Assembly (NCBI RefSeq): GCF_000002075.1
Contig: NW_004797278.1
Location: 2,156,009 to 2,220,008 of the forward strand
Length of the DNA stretch: 64,000 nucleotides
Direction: 5' to 3'
Source of the DNA: Aplysia californica
Lineage: Eukaryota
Made by a program: the position numbers and the translations under genes
Notes under the pieces: generated by a model
Told to the model about the DNA's origin: nothing
Database searches by the model: none
What the model saw: the letters and a program-made list of their open reading frames with translations, nothing else
Part shown: piece by piece, positions 51,101-62,733 of the stretch
Numbering within the stretch: position 1 is the stretch's first letter
How the letters are laid out: every line of letters starts with the position of its first letter

Positions 51101-54100
51101 TTCTTATTCCCTCCTGCCTGGTGTTTGATGAAGGCACAGCATGGCCGCTTTCTCCGTATCCTTTTTTATTGTTGATGTTCTCGCAAGTAAACTAGTGCTG
51201 AGATTTTTTTATGTTATTAGTGATGAGCTTCCTCTCTTTTTAACAATGTGGAAATGGAGTGAACATAGTGTATTATCTTGAGCAGAGTGGCGTATGTTTC
51301 AAGGATGGATAATTTGTGGTTGTTTATTGATTAGACTAGCAAATTTATTAAATATAAACAATAATTTTTCTTTTGAATTGTCGAAGTCAATGCCATGTTT
51401 CTTGCTGATCTGACTTCAAGTGAGTGCTTGTGACCTGCCCACCACTTCAGTGTACAATTTTATAAAAATGAGGAAGACTATAAAGAGCGCAAAATAACAA
51501 TGATAAAATTCAAAAGTCCCTTGAGTGCACACAGTACTGTACATAATTCTGTATTACTTATTGCACTGATATAACATAAGTGGTAACCATAATCTTGTTT
51601 TTGATGGAGAGTTTATTGAAGATGAGCTCAGAATATTTTGGTCAATGCAGACAAAGATTTAGCTTTCATTTTTATTTTCTTAACTTTTTGATCTTTTCAT
51701 TGTGCCAATTGTATCTTTGTAAGCACTTGTTGGGATTTTTATAAGTTGGAAATGCAAATCATCATCTTAGCCTTTCTCACTCTGGATCAGGAACTGGCCA
51801 CAAACAAACACTTTCCACCTTTCCCTATCCTGTGCTTGTCGCTTGATGTCGCTCCATGTCTTCCCACTTTTCTGTACATCCATTTCTGTGACTCTTCTCC
51901 AGGTTCCACGTGGCCTTACCCCTTTTTACCATGTGGGTTCCAATCTAACACTTTCCCTGTTATGCAGCTGCTTGATGTCCTGAAAGTGTGTCCAATCCAT
52001 CGCGAACGCCTTCTTCCCTCTTCATCTCTGACTGGGCTCTGTCTCATATTCTTAATACGTCTTCGTTGGTGATCCTGTCTGTCCATCTGATCCTCAGCAA
52101 CTTCCTGAGACACTTGTTCAAGGAAACCTGGATCCTCTTTATTTCAAGTCTGAGATGCGTTCCAGGTCTCACATCCATACAGCAGGAAATTCAACAAGCA
52201 GCCAGTAAATCTTTCTCCTTATTTTCAGGAGTACCTGATGACCAAGATTGTCTCCCCTCTTTTCCTTACCAACTTAGTTATTTGATTAGTTCTGAATGTT
52301 GAGGGGCAATAATGTTGAACATTTGTACGTACAACCTTCCAATATATACTGGATTGTCCCACATAGTCAGAGCAGAGCTCTTGTGGGTTTAATTTGATAC
52401 ACAAACTATCCCGCTGGTTTGTAAGTGCTTCCATCATCTAAAGATTTCTTCAAAGAAGCAACTTTCAAAATAGGATTAAAATAGAGGTGTGCTTTGTAAC
52501 ACTTTGTTTTATTTCATGTTTTCTAAAGATATGCTTTCTTTGAATTTTTAGAAATCATACATGTTTAAAAATCATGGCCCTGCTAGGAATGTCTGAAATA
52601 ATGAAGATAATCCAGAAATGTCAGTGTCATTACCAGAGAAAATGCAGAAAATTTGGTTTACTTGATATACTGTGTTTACTGTGCTTACTGCTCATTTCTG
52701 TCCAAAGATTTTTGTACTGCGTGAACTACCTTTGACTTGAGTATTTCCCAGAGTTTTGCTTTTGTACAAAATACTGCCAACATCTTTTTGGTCTGTTACT
52801 GCAGTTTGATGTGAAGATGTTGAGCTCTAAAATGAAACTGATTTTTTGCATAATATTTCTGTTTCACCGTCTAGTAATACTTGTCCCTTAACTGCATCAG
52901 ATATTCTTAAAGATATCATGGATCGTATTCAAAATGGAGAGTTCAGGTATGCCTAAATTAATCATTCTGTTTAATCATTTTTTCCTATGCTATTAATCAG
53001 GATATCATAACATATGGTTCTTTTATTGTTCTTGTGTGTGGTGTGGTTTGCTCCTTCTTTCCTTTCAAACATCTATCATCCTAATCTCTCTTTCTTCTTT
53101 TTTGTGTACTTTCTTGTAACACCTCTATTCTTCAGCACTTTTATGACCTTATTGCGTTGCAAGTGCTTTTGTACTCTTACTAAAACTAAAAACTGTTCTT
53201 GTCTCTTGAACACAAATGTAGTTCATGAGTGTTTGTCCTTAGACACGATTGATTTTTTTCAGCTCTGTTAACATAGTTTACGCGTGTATACATTTAGGGG
53301 ATCATTCTTGCAGCTAAAATCTTATTTGTTTTGGAATATTTACCTTGAAATGATTTAATTAATCATAACACAATCACAAAAGGCTTACCCAAGGAAAATA
53401 ACAGTGCAGTATTTATTACTCAAGGAACCATAACTTCAGTTTCCAAGAGGATATCAGGATTGATTTGACTCATTTGATCTGAAGAGAGTCATGAAAAAGA
53501 TACATGTATTAGCGCAGATCATTATCAACCGGTCGGACAATTAATTTAATAAGGAAGTAATTTGGATGTCTTTTATAGTTGTTTCATTTGCTAACAGCAA
53601 ATTGTTCTGTCTTTTTGGACAGGCAACATCACTTTTTCCTTCAAATTATAATATCAATATGAGGAAAAAGACCTATACTTCTGCTGTGTAATAAAGGAAG
53701 GTACAAAGTCAAAAGGTCATTTTTTACAATTATTCATTAAGTCTCTTTCTCCGAGGGGGCAAAACCCACTATGCCGAGCCCTCTTTTGATACGAAATCTA
53801 AAAGTGACAAATACATCACTAAATTGATCATCATCATCATCATCATCCAGTGCCAGATCTGCGACAGACATCGGCGATCTTGATTTTCCATTCATTCCTT
53901 TGCTCGGATGCTCTCAGAAAAGCTACGTTTCCCTGATTTTTCCCTGTTACCCATTTGTTTAGGTTCCCTAAGTATGTTGTTCTGGGCCTACCCCTTCCTC
54001 GCTTGCCCTCAATATTGCCAGTGAGAGCTAGGTGTTCAAGACCCTTATGTCTATTCAGGTGTCCCAAAAACTGCATTTGTCGTTTCCTGATTATTTTTAA

Positions 54101-54614
54101 CATTAAGAGTCCCATGTGGGCTTCATCAAGCACTACCTCATTTGATTTCTTTTCCTTCCACGATACTCTTAGCAGTCTCCTAAGAAACCACATTAAATTG
54201 ATCATTAAGTCAAAACAAGTAAACTTGCTTTGATAGTTGTCCATCTAATGAAAGAACTCCCGGTAAAAGAGACCTGTTTTCAGCTAATTTGACGTCAAAG
54301 TCGTAAAAAAAATGTGCCCAAACCATCTCACTGGCATCGGGGGTTGGGGGGGGGGGGAGGGGGCACGAAACCATTGTGCCAGCGTCTGGGCAATAAACAT
54401 TTGTCTTATTTTGCCGAGAACGAGGAAGAAAAAAAAAAGAAGTCTTATTTTGTTGTATTATAATTATATTTGTATATTCAATTTGATTCTATAATAGTTT
54501 TTGTTATCATTTTTCAGATGTAATGAAGTGTTGTCCATCCCTTTGACTGAAGCACCGGAGGTGCTGTCTAGGAAAGACCTGGACTCAACAAAGAGCTTGG
54601 TAGTCACTCCTTGA
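42252..54614 (+). CDS. CRYZL1: Quinone oxidoreductase-like protein 1 (zeta-crystallin-like, FERRY complex subunit Fy-4), 350 aa
   Basis: 11 exons, 1053 nt, in frame: 42252-42308, 44178-44255, 44801-44921, 45505-45573, 46355-46536, 48696-48759, 48995-49093, 50440-50573, 51050-51155, 52901-52946, 54518-54614 (TGA). CRYZL1-like motifs: VKACA, GRDVAG, AYTAVHY, EETGGVGVD, VRLF, PHKQDII, NLQLDPPDSQQLFLRGA, ILKDIM. Confidence 0.93.
42408..42682. mobile_element. Merlin/IS1016-like MITE
   Basis: TIR GGCGCTTTTTCGGTAGTTCCCACCCC...GGGGTGGGAACTACCGAAAAAGCGCC, perfect 8-bp TSD GAAAAGTT, GG...CC ends. Confidence 0.85.
45740..46127 (-). mobile_element. Headless retroposon, copy 2
   Basis: Perfect 13-bp TSD GACCAGAACTCTT; aligns to 24268-24680. 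Confidence 0.88.
48117..48192. repeat. Imperfect (CA)n microsatellite
   Basis: Directly visible. Confidence 0.85.
49351..50213. mobile_element. piggyBac-like non-autonomous DNA transposon
   Basis: TTAA|CTCATTCGCTACG...CGTAGCGAATGAG|TTAA, 863 bp, no transposase ORF. Confidence 0.88.
51156..52900 (+). other. U12-type (minor spliceosome) GT-AG intron in CRYZL1
   Basis: 5' splice site GTATCCTTTT matches the U12 consensus RTATCCTTT. Branch site CCTTAAC at 52886-52892 ends 8 nt before the intron end (tgcatcag), with no polypyrimidine tract. Phase is consistent with the flanking exons. Confidence 0.92.
51758..52165 (-). mobile_element. RTE-clade LINE 3' fragment
   Basis: RRSRWIGHTFR...VLDWNPHGK; (GAT)n tail. 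Confidence 0.75.
53832..54193 (-). mobile_element. RTE-clade LINE 3' fragment
   Basis: FLRRLLRVSWKEKKSNEVVL...FLGH...GNIEGKRGRGRPR; (TGA)n tail; TSD TAAATTGATCAT. Confidence 0.85.
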
Positions 54615-55188
54615 AATGTCAGATTTAAACACTGTTGTTCATTCCCTTAGATACTGATTCAAATAATGAAGTTATAAGAATGTACTCTTTTGTTTTGTTG
54701 GTTCTCCAGAACTAATGAAATTGCATTCTAAAATGCTGTCAGTCATCTTTACTGATGTGAACTTTGTTATAATTATGGCAGACTGAACTTTCTGTTTCAC
54801 TGGTGTTATATTAAAGAGTATAAGCTGTCTTTTAAGATTGCATTTGACCTTTGTGATACGTATTTTGTGCTTGTGTCTTCTCAACAATGTACTGCGAGGG
54901 CCATGAATTTCCATGCTCAAGAGAAATTATAACAGATATATTTTTTTTGTATTGACGTTTCTTTCAGTTTTGTAAGTTCTTGTTTTAGAAAAAAAAATGT
55001 TTATTTTTTTGTCAATGAAAGGAAACCTTTTTTTTTTTAGCCATCCCTAGACTAGGACTGTGGGGTAGAAGTGCAGACTGAGTCGAGATCAAGTTAGCAT
55101 GATGTGCTGTAGATTGGGTGACTGCAGAAAGTAAAATACTGTAAAACATTTTTTTGTTGACATGTTACAATGGACAGCTTCATAGTGC

Positions 55189-55194
55189 AATAAA
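55189..55194 (+). terminator. Putative CRYZL1 polyadenylation signal
   Basis: AATAAA about 575 nt after the stop codon, followed by T/GT-rich sequence. Confidence 0.5.
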
Positions 55195-55279
55195 ATGGTT
55201 ACTTTGACAGGTGAGAATGAGTTTGGAAATTTAATCTTTGATTTGTTGCTTTAATGTTGATTAAATATTTATTGTTTTG

Positions 55280-55662
55280 TTTAGTTTTAGTAAGGTTTTA
55301 AGGCGCTCGCAAATGCATAAGGTCGTATAAGCGCCTGGGGGTGGATGTCAACAGAGAACAGGGAATCTGGCTTACTCTACTCACCTCTCTAGCTTCGACA
55401 GCACAAAGTCTGCTTCGACTATCAAGGCACCATGGAAATAGCAGTTCCCAAAAGAGTGACAAACAAAACAAAAGAAGTTAAGGAAAAATGACCATAGTAT
55501 GGACGAAGAAAGAAAAAGCAGCAGTTCCCCCAATGTTGTCCCGGCACAGAATGGGTATGACATTGATATATCAGCCCATTTACAATTTTACTGTGCATCC
55601 CCCCTTTGGGAATGGCCTAAAGACAACTTCAGTCAGTAGCACTGCCCTGGTTGGGGGGGGGG
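55280..55662 (-). mobile_element. Headless retroposon, copy 3
   Basis: TSD TATTGTTTTG; aligns to the other two copies. Confidence 0.85.
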
Positions 55663-55933
55663 TATTGTTTTGATAAATGATGAAGTAGTAATGTTCAGTT
55701 GAATAGGGGCTTGCGAGACCCGAGGAACTTAAATAGATCTATACATATGTACCTACCAAAATACATTGTGATAAATAGAATGAAATCAACCCCTGGCACT
55801 TCTGTCAGGACCCACAATGCTACTGACTTTTCGTAGTAGTCTGTTTTTCTAGAAGGTCTTAGAATGAAGTGTCCTTTGCTTTCTAGACTGGCTTGCTCAA
55901 TATTATTTTGAAAGATACATAATTTACCATTAA

Positions 55934-57026
55934 CCCTTTGAGCCCGAGCTTCCGATACACCGATGGCATGTAAAATTGCCTGTATGCCTAGCCACTAGTG
56001 CACTGGTGAGCGAGACCCTTTCCCTAACGCGGCCCGTCTGGCAAACATGAAAAACAGTGTTTACTTCAAAGCACATCATTGATTTTTTAAAAAGATCTTT
56101 CTGAATTAGATGTTTGTAATGACGAGAACTACCCTTAGTGGTACAGTGGAGTCCACTTATAACGAGTCCGTAAAAAAAACGAGAAGTCTGTTATAAAGAC
56201 ACTTCTAAAACCCCGTTTTTTCTCCTCCTTACCTCTGTAAATAAAATACTGCTATAGCGCTATCAGACAAACATGCAAGTCGGTTATAGCCGAATATTGC
56301 AGCTGCTGTGCACAGTACATAGGCCAATTATACATGCAAAACCTCGCCAGTTGAGAAACTTGTTGGTGATCTAGCGAATCAAAGAATAGGAGAGCCCATG
56401 TGCGTCAACAATGAAGGCCGGAGCGACTGAGTAGGGAGGGACAAGCAGAACGCATTGCGTGATAGGCCAGCGTAAGCCTAGTTTAGATTATCAAGGCCTT
56501 CCATGCCTCTCACTTCTCCGATGCGGGGATGGAGAGGTCACAGCAATGTATGTGATGGATGGAGCGAATGTGTGGCGGGCGCAAGCAGACGGAATGCACC
56601 ACAGGGTGGGGTGTGGTGGGGGAAAACCACAGTCGGCAAGTTAGCCCAGAGCCCTTTCTTTCTGATCGCCAACGCCGAGCTGTCAGTCCATATGGCTAGA
56701 GAAAGAAACATGATTCGATTTTTGATCAAGTAAGACCTAGCTAGAGGTCATGTTGAAACAAAATTATCATCAGGGGGGTAGCAAAAGGAAACTAACAGAA
56801 CACCAAACTCATAGATTAGGCCTACTTTACAGTTTCCTTTGAATTTATTACTGGATCCCTTGTAGCGAGAATTCTGCTATAACGGACATTTGGCTCCGGT
56901 CCCCTCCCTCTCGTTATAACAGGATTCCACTGCATAGGGAATGTGATTCTGACGATGATATAGTTTATTAATATGTGAGATTAATTTAAATTAGGTGTGA
57001 ATCGCTCAGGAGCTCGGGCAGAGGGG
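55934..57026. mobile_element. Degenerate piggyBac-like MITE hosting a nested element
   Basis: TTAA|CCCTTTGAGCCCGAGCT at left and imperfect AGCTCGGGCAGAGGG at right. Confidence 0.5.
56144..56932. mobile_element. pogo/Tigger-like MITE
   Basis: TA|CAGTGGAGTCCACTTATAACGAG...CTCGTTATAACAGGATTCCACTG, imperfect TIR. Confidence 0.7.
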
Positions 57027-57229
57027 CACAGTTTGTCCTGCCCAGAGTTTGTTTTTCAGTTTGGGGCTAGAATTAATTTGGATATTTTGCTTTGATGACC
57101 AGTTCTCCTTCCTATTTCTTCTGTGTTTTTATTATATGTTTACCATGTGCTCATGGCCTCTGAAGGTTTGCTTCTTTATCCCATGTTCATGTTGAAATAG
57201 TGCTCAATCCCATTTGCTGCCTTACCAGA

Positions 57230-58073
57230 GTAGTTAGAAAGCAGAAAAAAAAAGAATTGACCTGTGACCTTGCCTGGTAAATGGGAATCAAACCAGATGC
57301 TTTAGCTTGAGAGGTAAACTCCTTTCCCTCTGACCGAGAGTCACCTCTTCCACTTCCATAGTATAGGGGTGTTTCTTCCTTCTAGATCTAGACACAGCCA
57401 GAAACTGAACCCATTATCTTTCTATTGCAAGGCCAGAAGGTTCATCACTGATAACCCTATCATCCTGATCGTAGAGTAACCGGATCATTGTGTCTGAGTA
57501 CATTATTTTTACCAATAACAGGGAAGAGTCGAAGTACAAAGTCACTTCAACTAAGCTTCATTTACATCACAAACAGCAGGATAAAAGTCTACTGAATTCT
57601 TGAAAGTCTGTGATTGTGTCTCCAATCACCCTTATTGAGCAAAGCATTGCACATGTTTTTGAGCAGCACTGATTATGGTGGCCAACCAGTGTAAAAGACT
57701 GGTTTTCACTCTTCGACCCAAAGCTGTGGCGTCAGTGGTCTAGTGGTTATAGAGTCTAAACCTGAGGTGCGCTGAGGTTTTCTGGTGTGTTGGGATGTGC
57801 AGGGTCAACTGCAACACCAGGTCGATAGTTTTCAGGGGGCATGTTAGATTTCTTTCAATGTCACTCTGCAGATTGATGAGGAATATCTACCATTCTTGCC
57901 AGGTCTCAGTTTTGATAGCAGCCATTCTCTCTACAGCATGTGGGGAGTCCTTGAACACCACCTTATTTCCAACCCCTGTAGGTTGTTTAGACGGTAGATT
58001 ATTGATCTTTGAACTGTTAATTGCCATCTTTCCAACTCCGTAATTGACACATTGTTTTCTAAACCACAAAAAG

Positions 58074-58131
<58 letters not shown>

Positions 58132-59170
58132 GTTTAAAAAGTTTCAATGATGTTTTCCGCAACTCCACAAACGTACGCTGTTACTTCCTACTGCCTGGTT
58201 AACTGTCCGCGTCTGTGGTGCAATAGTTAGGCCATTGATTGACTGCTGCACACTGAAGACAGTAGTTTGATTCCCGTATGGGAAAACCTAATTTAAAGGT
58301 ATCACTATCAGTGCTTTCGTTCTGCTCAGATGCTGCATCCATCCCACTCATCCTGGGCTGGCCCTGACACGGTGGGTCAGAGCAGTGTTCAACGAAAAGT
58401 CGCTAGCTCAGAATGACATAGTTCGATCTGCTCAGAACCTAGTTTTGAGAAATTTGACATTGAGTTTCACAACATGTCAATCCAAGCTTTTTGGGATGTA
58501 ATTCTTTGAATATCCTGATAATGACTCCGCTCCGAGTAATCTTATGATTTTGATAGAGCAGAAAGAACATATCATGGTCTTAGTACCTCAAAACAGCCAA
58601 AAATGTCAGACGGTACTTTGTAATTACAAGGTAGCGAAGCACATGTACAGTATTAATTCCAGCAACCAATCAGCGTCTGTGGTGTGATTGATTGAATTTG
58701 TTTAGACGTTTATTAGTTGCACACAGAAGACGTGAGTCCGATTTCCGCGCGGGAAAGTTGTAGTTTTATCGCGTATCTTCTACAATGTTTGTCAACCGGC
58801 TTGATGAAATGGTTTGTCTGTGAAGTGAGGGAGGAGGGTTGATAGGCAAGCAATCAGAGACAGACAGACAGACAATCAGAGACGAGGACAAACATTATGT
58901 GTAAGACATTTTATTTAGTATCAATTCTTCTTTTTTCTGTTTTTGGACGCTCTGTCAGCTCAGTTGGTATCTTGCTGGACTAATCGGATGGCCCTGGTTC
59001 GCATCCCAGACAGGGAGTTCTTGAACCCGGGTCGTTTTGTGACGGTTTCACGGCTCTCAACCCATTTGACTCGGTCCTGACGGAGACGGACGTTACATTA
59101 CACAATACAAAAGGAGGCCACCCCTCTTCAATAACCTATTAGGGTTGATAGGGCATTAAACCTATACGCT
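57230..59170. mobile_element. Cluster of degenerate tRNA-derived SINE heads and SINEs
   Basis: A/B-box-like sequences at about 57280-57345 (-), 57725, 58208, 58673 and 58946 (+). Similar heads occur at about 21508 and 62240. Confidence 0.5.
58078..58128. repeat. (GT)n microsatellite
   Basis: Directly visible. Confidence 0.95.
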
Positions 59171-59493
59171 TGCTTTCTTTCTGGGGTTTTTTTTTCGGGT
59201 GGGGAATTATATAGAGGTCTATCTATAAGTATAAGTTCACCTAACTTTTTATGTATAACTAGGCCTCAATCCAACGCTTTATCCTACGCTAGGTGTAACA
59301 CAAAACACATGAGGTATTAACTTTCAAGATAATTAATTTGTATGCACTGTTACCTTCTTGGTTTTTTAGGAACGTCATTTCGCTGGCAGCTGGTTTCGAT
59401 TGTGGAAAATTATGCCTATCATAAACACCTAAAGGTTAATTAATCAAATTGTGGCATTCGTTTTTGTTCCGTTTGTGCAAGCCCTCTCACAGA

Positions 59494-59507
59494 CACACGC
59501 GCGCGCA

Positions 59508-59556
<49 letters not shown>

Positions 59557-59565
59557 GCGCGCGCA
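59494..59565. repeat. (CA)n(CG)n compound microsatellite
   Basis: Directly visible. Confidence 0.95.
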
Positions 59566-61935
59566 TGATGTTCAGACACATACATACTGTATATTATTAT
59601 AAACCGTGCCTTACAAAAGAAGCTTGAAAATGTATTCCCCCTATTGTCTTGTTAAAGTTAAAGCCTTGCACTCCCCACACTTGATGCATACATGTACCAA
59701 TTTAAAGCTAAATAAATTTTGCATCACCTGACACATCAATTTTTTTTATTTACGAATAAGAGTCGCTCGAGATGTGGTTACTCAAAATTAACCCGAAAAA
59801 AAATCATGCTTGGCAAAATTGTGTTTAATCAAAGGAACGTAAAAGTGTGTTACCGATTATATTGGAAGGTACATGTATTGCTTTTTAGAAGAATGGAGAA
59901 TATCATTGTGCTCTTCAATTGATAATGTTTTACTATGATATTTTTCAGACAGATTGGAAGGCAGAGCAGATACAGATACTTCAAATGGGCTAAACATCAA
60001 ATGTGCTCGTCAGAATTTTGTTTACGAGCCTTTGTTTTCGTGGACAATTATCACTAACCCTTTTGAGCATGAACCGTGTTACATTTTTTGACATAATCAT
60101 CTGTCACTGAGGAACAGACTTTATAAAACTTCCATGATTTGGGGTGGTCTGGCTGGAATGAACAAAGCCCCGTTTGTGAGTATCAACGGATGGCGGGATT
60201 TAGATAACTACATCGCCACAAGTACTGGAACTTCATGTCGCTTCCTTGTTTTCGTAATGGTGCCATTCAAGTAGACTTCTTTAAGCACCTTCTCACATGG
60301 TTAACAGCTTTAGATAATTCTTGGAAAAGCAAATCATACCAACGACAGAGTTGTCATCAGTAAATTATAGCCCCGATGACTCCTACCGATATGTGGAAAC
60401 CCCATGAAACAGCAGCTGAAGAAACGCAACTTTGCTTCCAGTTCAGACGCTTTGTTTGCAACTCTGTGACACTTGGGATCAAATGACAGGTTCATGCTCT
60501 ACACAAAAATAATGTCTCCTAAGCAAAATACTAATGAGCACATTTAATGCTGAGTCCATGCTCTGTGTGGTATATGTGACTGTTCTCTTTTCCAATACGT
60601 TTCAAACTATCGTAATGATATCATTTTTGTTTTTAAAAGTCTCCATTTGTTTGATATGCAATACTTGATTTCACAGAATTTTGCCGAGTCAAATTTTTAA
60701 AGATTATTGAGTGACCATATCTCGGGCCACTCTTACTTATGGTAGATGAAATATTAATGTGTCAGATGATGCATAATTTATTTAGCTTTAATTGCTGTGC
60801 TGCATGAGTGGGTAGTGAAAGGCTTTAACACGATGATGGGTTGAACACATTTTTACGTTTNNNNNNNNNNNNNNNNNNNNNNNNNNNNNNNNNNNNNNNN
60901 NNNNNNNNNNNNNNNNNNNNNNNNNNNNNNNNNNNNNNNNNNNNNNNNNNNNNNNNNNNNNNNNNNNNNNNNNNNNNNNNNNNNNNNNNNNNNNNNNNNN
61001 NNNNNNNNNNNNNNNNNNNNNNNNNNNNNNNNNNNNNNNNNNNNNNNNNNNNAAAATAAACTTGAAAGATGCATTAGATCTATATCACCTCCAGTTTGAG
61101 GGCGGAACACTGGAGCCAACAAGCACACAACAAACTCAACAGTATCATGCCCAAATTTGGCCCCACAAAGTTTTCGGGTTTCTTCTGAAGAGATGAAGTT
61201 ATTTTTAATTAGATACATGTATTGTACACACCTCCCGAAGTCCCGGACACACGTATCACCTGCAGAGGGCAGAGAGACGAAAAACGCTTTTGTGTCAGAT
61301 GCTATGCCGATCAAACGACCGGCACATCCTTACTAGGGTCTCCAGACTTTGGACAGACCCGAAGGAAATATTATTCTGAATGCATCAATTTGAAGAATTT
61401 ATTCTAGATTGTTAATCTTAACAAAATTCTCACTTTCGTAACTGTCTTTTGTTTGTTTTGTTATTGTTTTGTTTGTTTGTTCTTTTTTTTTTGGGGGGGG
61501 GGGGGAGGGGTAGGGTTCTTTCAACGGCGCTCGCAACTGTATAAGGTCAAGTGAGCACACCATTTGTCTTTATCAAACTCCCATGCTACATTAGAGTACC
61601 TTCTAACTCACGTATGTGCTACGATAGAGAGATCGAAGACACTATCGACCTAATACTAATACATATTACGACTTGCTATAATAATGTTGGCTTGGTCAAC
61701 AAGTTCTATCCATGCACGACCTGTCTCCCATTTCGAGAGGAGCGTCTCACGTTACCATGTGGCCTATACATAATTAGTCTTCATCTACATGTGTAATTAT
61801 ACTGTATGTGAAATTTGATCCTCACGTATAAATAAGACTGGAAAAACTCAAGGTTCAGTGTGTTTACATGAGGCCTTTTGGTATCTCTGCGATACGTATC
61901 CTTCCCAAGACCTGTGTTCTATTCTTTGAAGCGCA

Positions 61936-62000
61936 ATGGCATCAACAAACAACGACGGCGAGGAGGAGCAGAAGAAAAAGCCATTTTTCTACTATGTCAA
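61936..62000 (+). CDS. Possible first coding exon of a downstream gene (MASTNNDGEEEQKKKPFFYYV)
   Basis: ATG in a good context (GCAATGG), coding-like composition, donor-like AA|gtatga. No homology recognised. Confidence 0.2.
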
Positions 62001-62576
62001 GTATGAAGATTTATTTATTTATGTATTATATTATATGATATATTATTATATGTATACATTAAACATGCATAAATATATATATATATATATACTATTCTAA
62101 ACTATACTATACATAATAATATATATAATATGGTATGACATAATTATATATAAACTGTATTTACATTATGCGTTTATTCCTCCATTTACTTTATCATGTA
62201 TTATTGTAGGAAAACTGCACCAGGGATTTACACCATCATTTATGGTGCAGCGGTTAGGTGCCTCGTTGTCGCACGCAAAAGACAAGAGTTCGATTCCCGT
62301 TTGAGGAGAATTTGTATTGTGTATCTCATATTTTCTGCTGGGACGTTGTGTCTCTTACAGCCCGTGTTGGCCCTGACAGACAGAGTCGAAACAGCTCGCA
62401 TCTTAAAAATGATATCAATTAAATTGCAGTCATTTTTGGGGATGGGGTGGTGGTGTAAAACATCTACTATTACTTAACAAGTTTACATTGGCCTACATAC
62501 GTTTTCAAATATTCACAGAAGTTCTTACATGCCCACAACATTATTTCTTGAATAATTTTTTTAAAAAGTTGGAATG

Positions 62577-62578
<2 letters not shown>

Positions 62579-62664
<86 letters not shown>

Positions 62665-62733
62665 GTTGTTGGTTTTTTTGCGTGTGTGTTTTGTTGTTGG
62701 TTTTTTTGCTTTTGTGTGTGTGTGTGTGTGTGT
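62579..62733. repeat. (GT)n microsatellite and low-complexity tract
   Basis: Directly visible. Confidence 0.95.

Noticed and set aside
61896-61903. GTATCCTT as another U12 donor
   Set aside because: No upstream exon or matching branch site could be identified.
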